NCBI GenBank assembly: GCA_041665305.1
Contig: JBAYJD010000008.1
Coordinates: 9,209-73,208 of the forward strand
Source of the DNA: Elusimicrobiales bacterium
GTDB taxonomy: Bacteria; Elusimicrobiota; Elusimicrobia; Elusimicrobiales; UBA9959
DNA: 64,000 nt
Reading direction: 5' to 3'
Shown here: positions 53,731 through 62,500 of the stretch, in pieces
Layout: the number at the start of each line of letters is the position of its first letter
Numbering within the stretch: position 1 is the first letter of the stretch
The notes under the pieces: model-generated
Told to the model about the DNA's origin: nothing
What the model saw: only the letters and a program-made list of their open reading frames with translations
The model's database searches: none
Position numbers and translations under genes: made by a program

Positions 53731-54629
53731 TGGATGGGCACGCTTTGGGGCAGACCGTCGATATTCGTAAGCTAGGAATAGTTGTCGGTACCGCATGCAA
53801 TTTTAATTGCAGCCATTGCTTGATCAAGAAGGAAGACAGGCGTGAACGACTGTCTCTGAAAGAGGTTCGGCTATTGTGCGATACGGTGGCCAGATATCGT
53901 CCGAAGTCGATTTTGTTCACCGGAGGGGAACCGACCTTTTGGATCAAGGAAATAAACGAAATTATTTCCTCCCACCCTTGCCCTGAAAACCTTAAAATCA
54001 CTTTGACCACTAATGGCCATTTCGCAGGGTCGGTCTCTTTGGCGAAGAAGGTGCTCTCCTCGTTTACCAGACTTGATTATGTGCAATTGTCGTATGATGT
54101 TTTCCATAAAATCTTCCTGTCGTTTTCAAAAGCTAAAAATCTTCATTCAGCGTGTACGGAGTTGCGGGTCGGTTTCAGCGCGATTCTAACGATGTCGTCT
54201 CCGTTGGACCTGCTTCTCGTTAAACAGTTGCGAAGTTTCGGGCGGTTCAAGATAGGGGTGCAAAAGGTCGCTAGTATTGGAGAGGCGAAGAGAAACGGCA
54301 TTCGGTTCATCTTCCCATGCTTTGACGAGAAAGTACTCTCTAAATATTGTCCCAACAGGAACAGTCTCGGGTATATTTGCGGACGCGGATTCTCGATCTG
54401 TTGTGCGGAACTGGCCTTTAATAATTCTATGCCCGGGGTGTTTCACTCAACGCTGGGTGAACATTTGGCCAGTCCTTTATACGGATTGATGCGGAAACAC
54501 AATTTTGCGGAACTGATGAAAATATTGCGGGTACCTAAAAAGTCCCTGCTGCCGGATCATTCCTCGGAGTGTGTGCTGTGCGACCATATTTTTAAAAATG
54601 CCAGGAGGAAAGTGCGGTTGACGCCGTAA
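53730..54629 (+). CDS. radical SAM protein with C-terminal Cys-rich (twitch/SPASM-like) region
   Basis: CNFNCSHC (CxxxCxxC), FTGGEPTF. C-terminal CPNRNSLGYICGRGFSICC and CVLC. Confidence 0.8.
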   Translation: MDGHALGQTVDIRKLGIVVGTACNFNCSHCLIKKEDRRERLSLKEVRLLCDTVARYRPKSILFTGGEPTFWIKEINEIISSHPCPENLKITLTTNGHFAGSVSLAKKVLSSFTRLDYVQLSYDVFHKIFLSFSKAKNLHSACTELRVGFSAILTMSSPLDLLLVKQLRSFGRFKIGVQKVASIGEAKRNGIRFIFPCFDEKVLSKYCPNRNSLGYICGRGFSICCAELAFNNSMPGVFHSTLGEHLASPLYGLMRKHNFAELMKILRVPKKSLLPDHSSECVLCDHIFKNARRKVRLTP

Positions 54630-54636
54630 ATCGTGT

Positions 54637-55332
54637 ATGAAATCAAACCCCCGTCTTGTTCAGAAGGAAAAAGGAAAAATAACCTATCAAATGCCGGATT
54701 TTACCCGGCTTAATACTTCGGCGATAGATAAGCTTGCCTGGCCGAAGGAAATCCCGGTCTTGTGGCTGAAATACTACGAAAACCTCGACGGCTGCTACGA
54801 GGCGTTGGATAAAAGGATATCCCGCAAATATATCGTGCGGGTAATATACTCCGCCGATAAGAAAGATATTCATTTGAAGGGGAGAAAGGAATCTGCCTGC
54901 GCGATAAAAGCCAGGGAATCGCTTACAACGGCGGAATTATTGGCACTATATCTTGAAACACATGCTAAATCCTTTATCGCGCCGTGGGCCGGACAACTTG
55001 ATAGTAAATATATAGACGAGGTTTCCTCGTTCATTAAAGAAGATCTGCCGATCTCAAAGTCGTTGAGCTTCTTTAAGGATAAATCCCCAGTGGGATTGGT
55101 GCTCCTGACGGAGTTAGGCAGCGGAGCTGGGCTTATTTCATGGATATGGTTCGCGCCGTCTTTAAGCATTGCTGAAAGACGGAAAGCGCACAATCTCTTT
55201 GCCGCCTGGCTGAGGAACGGGAAATATCCGCAAATTAAAAGTGTCGTTCATTCTTTCAACCTGCGCTCTAACAGATTCTTTATAAAAATGGGATTCCATA
55301 CTCAATGCATTGCTATCACCAGACGAAGCTGA
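54637..55332 (+). CDS. GNAT-family acetyltransferase-like protein (tentative)
   Basis: C-terminal pattern GLVLLTEL...ISWIWFAP...RRKAHNLFAAWL...NLRSNRFFIKMGF resembles GNAT motifs A/B. The N-terminal half is unassigned. Confidence 0.5.
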   Translation: MKSNPRLVQKEKGKITYQMPDFTRLNTSAIDKLAWPKEIPVLWLKYYENLDGCYEALDKRISRKYIVRVIYSADKKDIHLKGRKESACAIKARESLTTAELLALYLETHAKSFIAPWAGQLDSKYIDEVSSFIKEDLPISKSLSFFKDKSPVGLVLLTELGSGAGLISWIWFAPSLSIAERRKAHNLFAAWLRNGKYPQIKSVVHSFNLRSNRFFIKMGFHTQCIAITRRS

Positions 55333-56711
55333 TCTTTCTGCTTCTGGCCGCTTGCGGCGTTCTCTGCGGTTGCCGGAAGGCGGAACAGCGGACGGATACA
55401 TGGACAGTGTTGCTCAGTGACCTTCCCGTACGCCTGTTTGTCGCTGACGCCGGGCTTAATGGGACTTTTTACCTTTTAAAACAGACGCATGAGCCGCTTT
55501 TTAGGCAGGATGACGGGGAAATTTTTTCTTCTCGGCTTTTGGAGAAGTGGAGCAGGGATATCCGGTCTTCTGAATATCTTTTCTGTCCCGACACCTCTTT
55601 GCGTTTTGACGCAGATAACACTTTTTCAATGGCATTCTTTTATAAATATATACGGAAAACCGCTAAGGCGTTCGACCAGGGGGCGGAGGTTGAAAAACAT
55701 GGTGAATGCGTTAGGATAAAATTGGGAAGTCACTCGAATTTCCTGGCTTACCTGTCTCTTTTCGAAAACGCTCCTACTTTGAAAAGGACGGAAAAGATAG
55801 AGGTCGGACTCGGCGCTTTTTCCGTTGAAACATTGTCCGCCGAAAAGGTCGTGCTTAAAAGAAAGCAGAGAGTTTCCAATGGCTATAACGCGATAGTGTT
55901 CCACCAGTATAAGGGCGGCGGTGACCCAAATTTACAGAATAGGCAGATAAGTGATTTCAATAATATCCCATCATTCGAGATACCGGAATGGGTAAAGAAA
56001 GATTATCGGCATTTTGATAGTCCTATACTCCGGTCGATAAGCCTTATAATAAATTACCCCGATAAGGCGGTCCGGAAAGCGGTCTATAACTGTCTTAACT
56101 ATGATTCCCTTCGGCGCGCCTATGTGCCGCGGCGAAAAAACTTTTATGATATATGCAATATACTTCCCGTTGGGGTTCCCGGTGCCGAAGCCGGGCCTCC
56201 GAGGCAGGAATGCTATGGTATAGCGAGAATAAACCGTCATTTTGAATTGACATTCCTGAACCTTGCCTATAATAATGATAAAACGCTGAAGGAAGTGTTA
56301 TCGGCTTTTCATAAAAGAACGGGGATAAAGATCGTCGTCAGGACATATCCTGATAACCAGATCGATGCGGCGCTTCTTCAATCCCCACGCCGGTATAATC
56401 TGGCGATAGTGGTTATGGATGCTGTTCGTCCTAATCATGAAGCGTTCTTTGATTATTTAATCAAGAAAAACGGATACTTTGATACCGATAATCCCGCACT
56501 AACACACTTGTATGAAAAAATGTTGAAAGAACCGGATGAGGAAAAGAAAAATAGTTTAGCGAAAGTCATAGCAGAAAAGCTGGATTCCGAAGCGCTGGTT
56601 TTGCCTCTGTATCAGAATGTGGCGACTTTCTATTATCCGAGAAACATAAAAAGTATTATTCTCGGCAGAGGTTTTATCGAATATCCAGAGGTTGCGGAGT
56701 TCAGATGGTAA
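55305..56711 (+). CDS. lipoprotein, solute-binding protein family 5-like (peptide/oligomer binding)
   Basis: Lipobox-like LLAACGVLCGC. Size and LLKQTHEPLF / periplasmic-binding fold pattern. Overlaps the kinase gene start by 7 nt. Confidence 0.5.
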   Translation: MHCYHQTKLIFLLLAACGVLCGCRKAEQRTDTWTVLLSDLPVRLFVADAGLNGTFYLLKQTHEPLFRQDDGEIFSSRLLEKWSRDIRSSEYLFCPDTSLRFDADNTFSMAFFYKYIRKTAKAFDQGAEVEKHGECVRIKLGSHSNFLAYLSLFENAPTLKRTEKIEVGLGAFSVETLSAEKVVLKRKQRVSNGYNAIVFHQYKGGGDPNLQNRQISDFNNIPSFEIPEWVKKDYRHFDSPILRSISLIINYPDKAVRKAVYNCLNYDSLRRAYVPRRKNFYDICNILPVGVPGAEAGPPRQECYGIARINRHFELTFLNLAYNNDKTLKEVLSAFHKRTGIKIVVRTYPDNQIDAALLQSPRRYNLAIVVMDAVRPNHEAFFDYLIKKNGYFDTDNPALTHLYEKMLKEPDEEKKNSLAKVIAEKLDSEALVLPLYQNVATFYYPRNIKSIILGRGFIEYPEVAEFRW

Positions 56712-58864
56712 AAATTATAGGCCGGGCTTTTTCTTATAACTGGAAATACTACAGCGCGGCGGTGGCCGTGTTTGTGGTTTTCTGGCAGATGTTTTCCGTG
56801 TTCTCTGCCGTGCGCGTAGCTGATGATAATCTGCTAACCGCCATGCGGCAGAATGCGGCCTATTTTGAAAAAGCATTTCTTAAAGGTGATGTGTTTGAGA
56901 CTCAGCGCATAATGTGGCGCATAAAGAACGACAATATAAAGCACATAACATTCCACCCCACTGAGTTTAACGGCAGTAAGTGGATATTTAAAGAGGCCAT
57001 AATCGGGAATATTTACGACAGACCTCGCGCGCAGCTAACGTGCAATGTGCCTTTTATATCAAATGGCGCAGTGCTTGGCCAGCTGGAATATGTTATAGAT
57101 CTGGTGGATGTCAACGCTGTCGTCTTCGGTGAGAACTATATTTTATTTATAACCATAGTGGCTTTTTTTATGGGCCTTTTGTTTCTGTCCAATGTCGGGG
57201 CTATTAAAACTATTTTCAGCATAGAGCGCTGTGTTACAGAAACAAACGCTCTGGTCGATGCCGGTAAACACGCCGACATTCAGGATTCTATACAACGCAG
57301 CATCCAGTTGCTGCCGCAAAGTTTGCGCGATACACCATTCGCCGTGTTGATAAGCGGGTTGGCGGAAGTGCTGAAAAAAGCCTCCCGTCTTGAAAGTGAC
57401 CTTGCTGTTTCAAAAGCCACATCTGATATGGCGGTGCAAGTGGCGCATGACATTCGGTCGCCGCTGGCGGCGTTGGATACAGCGCTGAATAAAACTGATC
57501 AGCTCCCGGAACAACAGCGCATTATGGTGCGCCATGCGGTGAACCGGATACGCGATATCGCCAACAATCTCCTTGAAAAGAACCGGCAGCAGGCCAAAAC
57601 CTCTTCAGTGGCCATATCCCAGCCCACTGATGCCCGCGAAGCTCAGGAAACGCGCCTGCTTTCAAGCGCTATAGACCCGGTTATAACCGAGAAACGCCTG
57701 CAATTTGAATCAAAGCCGGGAATAAACATTGATTTTGAGCTGACAAAGGAATCTTACGGCTTGTTCGCTAAAATACAGCCGGTGGAATTCAGGCGCATAA
57801 TTTCAAATCTTGTGAATAATGCCGTTGAAGTGTTGGGCGATCAAGGCAAGGTCTCCGTAGGCTTGGGCCAGGATGCCGGGAATATTGTTTTAACTGTCGC
57901 CGATAACGGCAAAGGCATTCCGGCTGAAATACTGGCGAAACTCGGCCAGAGGGGAGAAACGCACGGGAAGGCTGGCGGATCGGGTCTGGGGCTTTTCCAT
58001 GCAAGAACAACAGTGGAAAGTTTGGGTGGCAGTCTTGCGATAGCTTCCGAAGTAGGCAAAGGCACGACGATTACAATAAAATTGCCCAGGGCGGAGGCTC
58101 CAAATAATTTTGTGCCTGTGCTTGAACTTGTTCCCGGCCGGCCCGTGGTAGTCTTGGATGATGACGCTACAATACACCAGATCTGGGATGGCCGGTTTGA
58201 GTCCGCCAGGGTTCAGGAGCGCAATATCGAAGTAATTCATTTCAGCGAGCCGGATAAACTGCGCGAATGGGTTAAAACCAACACGGCAAAGGCCGAAAAA
58301 GCGGTTTATCTGTTTGACTATGAGTTGATCGGTTATAAAGAAACGGGACTTAGCCTTGCCGAAGAGCTGGGGATATGCGGCACGACAATATCTGTGACCA
58401 GCCGTTACGACGAGAAACGCATAATTGATGAGTGCAAGCGTCTTAAAGTGCGGATGATCCCCAAGGGGCTGGCAAGCCTTGTGCCGATAGCCATCCAAAA
58501 GCCTGATGCAAAACCGGAAGCAGTGCCTCCCTCCGGCCAGGTAGACGCCGTTTTAGTTGATGATGATAAATTGGCCCGCATGAGTTGGGAAATGGTCGCC
58601 AAGGCAAAAGGCGTAAACCTGGTTGTCTTCGACAATCCGGGCGATTTCCTCGCCCGTATAGAGGAATTCCCCAAAGAGACGCCTGTTTATCTTGATTCCG
58701 AGCTGGACGACGACCAGGAAAACGGCGTTAAAGGCCAGAATATAGCCGTGGATCTGCACAACAAAGGCTATGCCGATATCACGCTTGAGACCGGCCACAT
58801 GCCGGAAGATTTCGCCCACTTGCCCTGGCTTAAAGTGATAGACAAAACTCCGCCCTGGAGTTAA
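56705..58864 (+). CDS. membrane sensor histidine kinase with two C-terminal receiver-like domains
   Basis: TM, ~130-aa periplasmic loop, TM. H-box VAHDIRSPLAAL. NLVNNAVEV, DNGKGIP, GGSGLGLFHA. Then VVVLDDD...LFDYEL and AVLVDDD...YLDSEL modules. Confidence 0.85.
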   Translation: MVKIIGRAFSYNWKYYSAAVAVFVVFWQMFSVFSAVRVADDNLLTAMRQNAAYFEKAFLKGDVFETQRIMWRIKNDNIKHITFHPTEFNGSKWIFKEAIIGNIYDRPRAQLTCNVPFISNGAVLGQLEYVIDLVDVNAVVFGENYILFITIVAFFMGLLFLSNVGAIKTIFSIERCVTETNALVDAGKHADIQDSIQRSIQLLPQSLRDTPFAVLISGLAEVLKKASRLESDLAVSKATSDMAVQVAHDIRSPLAALDTALNKTDQLPEQQRIMVRHAVNRIRDIANNLLEKNRQQAKTSSVAISQPTDAREAQETRLLSSAIDPVITEKRLQFESKPGINIDFELTKESYGLFAKIQPVEFRRIISNLVNNAVEVLGDQGKVSVGLGQDAGNIVLTVADNGKGIPAEILAKLGQRGETHGKAGGSGLGLFHARTTVESLGGSLAIASEVGKGTTITIKLPRAEAPNNFVPVLELVPGRPVVVLDDDATIHQIWDGRFESARVQERNIEVIHFSEPDKLREWVKTNTAKAEKAVYLFDYELIGYKETGLSLAEELGICGTTISVTSRYDEKRIIDECKRLKVRMIPKGLASLVPIAIQKPDAKPEAVPPSGQVDAVLVDDDKLARMSWEMVAKAKGVNLVVFDNPGDFLARIEEFPKETPVYLDSELDDDQENGVKGQNIAVDLHNKGYADITLETGHMPEDFAHLPWLKVIDKTPPWS

Positions 58865-59034
58865 CCCTTTAAATCCTTCTCAAGCCGGGACAGGCAATCC
58901 ATGATATCCTGCCCCGCTTCTTTCATAAGGGCAAGCAATTCCAGCTTTTTCTCAAGCGTGCAGGTCTTGAACATTTCCGCGATTGTTTTAAGGCTCGTGC
59001 ATTGCGAGCGTATCTTGTGAAGCGGCTTTTCCAT
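58861..59034 (-). CDS. small helical protein, possible Hpt-like phosphorelay component (speculative)
   Basis: MEKPLHKIRSQCTSLKTIAEMF... has a His in an HxxxxS-like context resembling Hpt helices. Sits between the kinase and the regulator. Start ambiguous (59034-59079). Confidence 0.3.
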   Translation of the reverse strand: MEKPLHKIRSQCTSLKTIAEMFKTCTLEKKLELLALMKEAGQDIMDCLSRLEKDLKG

Positions 59035-59038
59035 TTTG

Positions 59039-60400
59039 TTATTTTCTTCCATCCGGTTCATCGCCCTTGTTCGGTCCAAATTTCTTTAACCTGGCATAAA
59101 GCAGGTTGGTGGAGATCTTAAGATTGGCCATTACCTTGCTTTTGTTGCCGTTGTTCTCCTGCATATTGCGGCGGATTATCTCGTAGGTGAACAGTTCGGA
59201 CGCGGCGTCCAGGCCGTTTTTTACGGCGTATTTATACTGCGCGTTCGTAAGGAACCCGCCTGGCGGCAGGGGGTTAAGTTCCTGCGAAAGGTGCTTACGG
59301 ATAGTTTCAAGCGTGACGCGGTTTCCCGTGCCTGAAACAAGCAGGTCCACCAGCTTCTTCAATTCCCGGATATTGCCCGGCCATTCGTATTGGAGCATGA
59401 AAGTTCTGGCGTCCGGCGCAAATGATAATTGCCGTGCCCCGCTCGTGAATTGCCGTATGAGGGGGAAAATATCGCAGGAGCGTTCGCACAACGGCTTAAG
59501 GTTGACGGTCAGGCCGTGTATGCGCTGAAAGAAGTCCAGCCGCAGTTTCCCTTGCGTTATAAGCGCCTTAAGGTCTTCTAGCGTGGCGCTGATTATCCTG
59601 AAATCGGAACGCTCCGGTTTGTCGGAGCCCAGCGGGTAAAACGATTTCTCCTCAATGGCTTTAAGCAGCTTGGTCTGCATATTAAGGCTCATAGAACCTA
59701 TTTCATCCAAAAACAATGTGCCGTTGTTGGCCTGCAAGAGTCGGCCCTTTCTGTTTTCATTTGCCCCGGTGAATGCGCCTTTCCTGTAGCCGAACAATTC
59801 GGCTTCCATCAATTCCTCGGTATAGGCCGAGCAATTCATGGCGACGAATTCGCCGGAACGTCCGGAATATTTGTGAATTATCCGGGCCAGGCAGGTTTTT
59901 CCTGTGCCGGTTGGCCCAAGGATAAGGATAGGGGAGCCGGAGGCCGCGTATTTAAGCGCTTCGGTGACATTGGCGCGCGTTGCCGGGTCTTCGGTTATAA
60001 ATTCCTCGGAGAAGACTTTATTGAGGTTCCCGCTTTTGCCGCGCTGCAGGTATTTGGCGATAACCGCGCTGATATTGGCTTTCTCGTTGCCTTTGATATA
60101 GAAATCGTCGCAGCCGAGTTCATAGGCCTTATTTATGATATCGTCGGAATCCGAGCTTGTCATGACCACGGAGTAAAACCCTTTTGATCTGGCGTCCGCG
60201 ATAAGTTTTAAACCCGAATAATCATCATCAAGCCCCAGCATCAGGTCCAGGAAGCATAGGTCATAAGAACCGCCGGCCAGTTTTTTCCTGGCGGTCTTTG
60301 TATCTTTTGCGAAGTCCACGGCATGGCCTGTCAACTGGGCCGCCATGACCGCCTGCGCCGGATTTTCGTCTTCAACCACCAGAATCTTCAGTTTGTCCAT
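59039..60400 (-). CDS. sigma-54-dependent response regulator (NtrC-type enhancer-binding protein)
   Basis: Receiver ILVVEDE...CFLDLML. AAA+ Walker A GPTGTGKT, intact GAFTGA loop, Walker B LFLDEIG, EWPGNIREL. C-terminal Fis-type HTH KSKVMANLKISTNLLYARLKKFG. Confidence 0.9.
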   Translation of the reverse strand: MDKLKILVVEDENPAQAVMAAQLTGHAVDFAKDTKTARKKLAGGSYDLCFLDLMLGLDDDYSGLKLIADARSKGFYSVVMTSSDSDDIINKAYELGCDDFYIKGNEKANISAVIAKYLQRGKSGNLNKVFSEEFITEDPATRANVTEALKYAASGSPILILGPTGTGKTCLARIIHKYSGRSGEFVAMNCSAYTEELMEAELFGYRKGAFTGANENRKGRLLQANNGTLFLDEIGSMSLNMQTKLLKAIEEKSFYPLGSDKPERSDFRIISATLEDLKALITQGKLRLDFFQRIHGLTVNLKPLCERSCDIFPLIRQFTSGARQLSFAPDARTFMLQYEWPGNIRELKKLVDLLVSGTGNRVTLETIRKHLSQELNPLPPGGFLTNAQYKYAVKNGLDAASELFTYEIIRRNMQENNGNKSKVMANLKISTNLLYARLKKFGPNKGDEPDGRK

Positions 60401-60615
60401 TAAACCCCTCCAAAATGAGAGAAACCACTTTCAAAATGCAATATTTAACCCCAAAAATATTATACAGAACTTTGCCGTAAGGATACATCGTTATATTGTT
60501 ATTTATGTGCGCGGTCTGCGGGATCTTCCGGGAGTTAATGCGGGAGTTGAAAATGAGCTCGGGAGCAATTTCAAAACTGGTGGCTAAAGACAGGCTTCAA
60601 GCCCAAGCCCTGTTA

Positions 60616-60637
60616 GGAAGATAGGAAGCAGCGTCCC
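60616..60637. repeat. left arm of the perfect 22-bp inverted repeat flanking the protease gene
   Basis: ggaagataggaagcagcgtccc. The exact reverse complement is at 62030-62051. Confidence 0.9.
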
Positions 60638-60729
60638 CTGCCCCCCTTTTTTTTACAAAAGCCTTGACACAGATTAACAAAAGTTTTACGATTCCCTTCT
60701 AAGGTCATAGTTCCGGTCCGGAGGAGAAA

Positions 60730-61941
60730 ATGAAACGAGTATTCGTACTGGCGTCGGGGCTCATCACCGCCGCCGCCGTCTGCGCGCAGGCGTCCCAGAA
60801 GATAATAAGCTTTGAGACCGCCTACCGTGGCGCTATAGACAAGAATATAGAAGAAGTAGGTGGGAAGGTAACGCGCAAATTCACCCTGATAGACTCCGTG
60901 GTTGCGATATTCCCCGACAATGCGAAGACCGACGCGATTATGTCCATTAAGGGCGTGACCGCCGTTTACGAGGATAAATACAGGAAATGGCTGAACGAAG
61001 CGCCAGTTTCATTGAGTGCGGTCCAGTTCCCTTCGGTAAAGGAAATTATCGCCAAGGCCCGCTCCGGCGAAGGCTGGAACAGGCCCGCACCGTTCGCGAC
61101 CAGACCGTCCGAAACCGAGATACCTTGGGGCGTTAAGCGCGTTAACGCTTCCGCTGCCTGGGGAACATTGACCGGCAAAGGCGTCAAAGTCTGTATCATA
61201 GACACCGGCGTGGACGGCAATCATCCCGACTTGGCGCCTAATTATAAGGGCGGTTACAATGCCGTGGTCTCTACCGAGCCTCCGACCGACGAACACGGCC
61301 ACGGCACACACGTCGCCGGCACCATAGCCGCCGCGTTGAACGATAAGGGCGTGGTCGGAGTGGCCCCCAACGCCGAAATATACGGGGTCAAGGTCCTTGG
61401 CAAGGACGGCTACGGTCAGGATTCCTGGGTGGCCGCAGGAGTGGAATGGGCCATCATGAATCACATGAACGTGACCAACATGAGCCTCGGTGACAAGGAA
61501 GAGTCCGTCCCGCTGAAGCAAATGATGGAAAAAGCCGACCAGGCCGGGATAACCCAGGTTGTGGCGGCCGGAAACTTGATGACATTCTGGGGCACCTGCC
61601 CGGTCATGTATCCCGCCAAGTACGACGTGGCCATCGCGATCTCCGCCTCAGATTCATCCGACAAGATAGCGTCTTTCTCCTGCCGTGGACCCGAAGTGGA
61701 CCTGATAGCGCCCGGCGCCAGGATTAACTCCACTAAACCCGGCGGCGGCTACCAAACGATGGACGGGACCTCGATGGCCTGTCCTCATGTGGCGGGCCTG
61801 GCTGCGCTGGCGGTGAACGCCGGTGCCAAAACCCCGGCCGAAGTGCGCGCGGCCTTGGTCAAGGCGGCCTCTCCTCTCGCCGGCCTGAGGCCCGAGGAAG
61901 AGGGCGCGGGCCTGGTGAATGCGGCCAAACTGCTGAAGTAA
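60730..61941 (+). CDS. secreted subtilisin-like serine protease (peptidase S8)
   Basis: Signal peptide. Propeptide-like N-terminus. Catalytic triad contexts IDTGVD, HGTHVAG, GTSMACPHVAG. Confidence 0.9.
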   Translation: MKRVFVLASGLITAAAVCAQASQKIISFETAYRGAIDKNIEEVGGKVTRKFTLIDSVVAIFPDNAKTDAIMSIKGVTAVYEDKYRKWLNEAPVSLSAVQFPSVKEIIAKARSGEGWNRPAPFATRPSETEIPWGVKRVNASAAWGTLTGKGVKVCIIDTGVDGNHPDLAPNYKGGYNAVVSTEPPTDEHGHGTHVAGTIAAALNDKGVVGVAPNAEIYGVKVLGKDGYGQDSWVAAGVEWAIMNHMNVTNMSLGDKEESVPLKQMMEKADQAGITQVVAAGNLMTFWGTCPVMYPAKYDVAIAISASDSSDKIASFSCRGPEVDLIAPGARINSTKPGGGYQTMDGTSMACPHVAGLAALAVNAGAKTPAEVRAALVKAASPLAGLRPEEEGAGLVNAAKLLK

Positions 61942-61960
61942 GTTTAAAGTCTCACGAACG

Positions 61961-61998
61961 AAAAAGCCTCTGTGACGAAAGTCCAGAGGCTTTTTTAT
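61961..61998 (+). terminator. rho-independent terminator
   Basis: agcctctg / cagaggct stem followed by tttttt, 20 nt after the protease stop. Confidence 0.8.
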
Positions 61999-62029
61999 TC
62001 GGGAAAAATCGGGACAGACAGAAATTTAC

Positions 62030-62051
62030 GGGACGCTGCTTCCTATCTTCC
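62030..62051. repeat. right arm of the perfect 22-bp inverted repeat
   Basis: gggacgctgcttcctatcttcc is the reverse complement of 60616-60637. Confidence 0.9.
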
Positions 62052-62437
62052 AAACTATTCACCACCGAGCCCGCGTTACCGGCAGGATTGCTTTTGGCCA
62101 GCATTGAAGTCCGGGGGCTACGACGCCGCCGAATTACTGCCGACGCAAAATCAGCCCCTCCTGGAAACCCAAAAAAAGTATATATTTTCCCGGCTTTTTC
62201 TCTGTCCTGGCCACTTTTCTGGCACCGCATCAATAACGGCGAAAGAGTTGTCAGGGAAATGTTATATTGACGGGACCAAAAAACCTACCGGCCGCCGGCC
62301 CCAAAGTTCCAATACCGTCGTAGCCCTCCAAGAACGATGGGACTTACCACTGCCGCTCTGCATAATATACTAAGTCACTTAGTCTTTCATGTTGTGATTG
62401 GGGAAGTTTTATCGGCAATTTATCGGCAATTTTTGGG

Positions 62438-62500
62438 GAAAATAGCCATTTTCATCGCGACAGGACGTTGTCGGGATTGTCTGCTATACTTTTTTTATGA
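62438..62500 (+). promoter_or_regulatory. promoter/operator module, copy 1
   Basis: cattttcatcgcgacaggacgttgtcgggattgtcTGcTATACTttttttATG. Extended -10, internal cgaca/tgtcg palindrome, and the ATG 6 nt after the -10. Confidence 0.55.

Noticed and set aside
60556-60585. Minus-strand aaattgctccc upstream of the regulator gene, resembling the -12 half of the island promoter
   Set aside because: The sequence at the -24 position (cagttt) does not match TGCCAT at the required spacing. At most it is a degenerate relic, so I do not claim the bEBP gene is in the regulon on this basis.
61972-62373. 133-aa plus-strand and 93-aa minus-strand ORFs in the 62.0-62.4 kb gap
   Set aside because: They have no RBS, no motifs and odd composition, they overlap each other, and one starts inside the protease terminator. 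I treated this region as non-coding spacer containing the right arm of the 22-bp inverted repeat.
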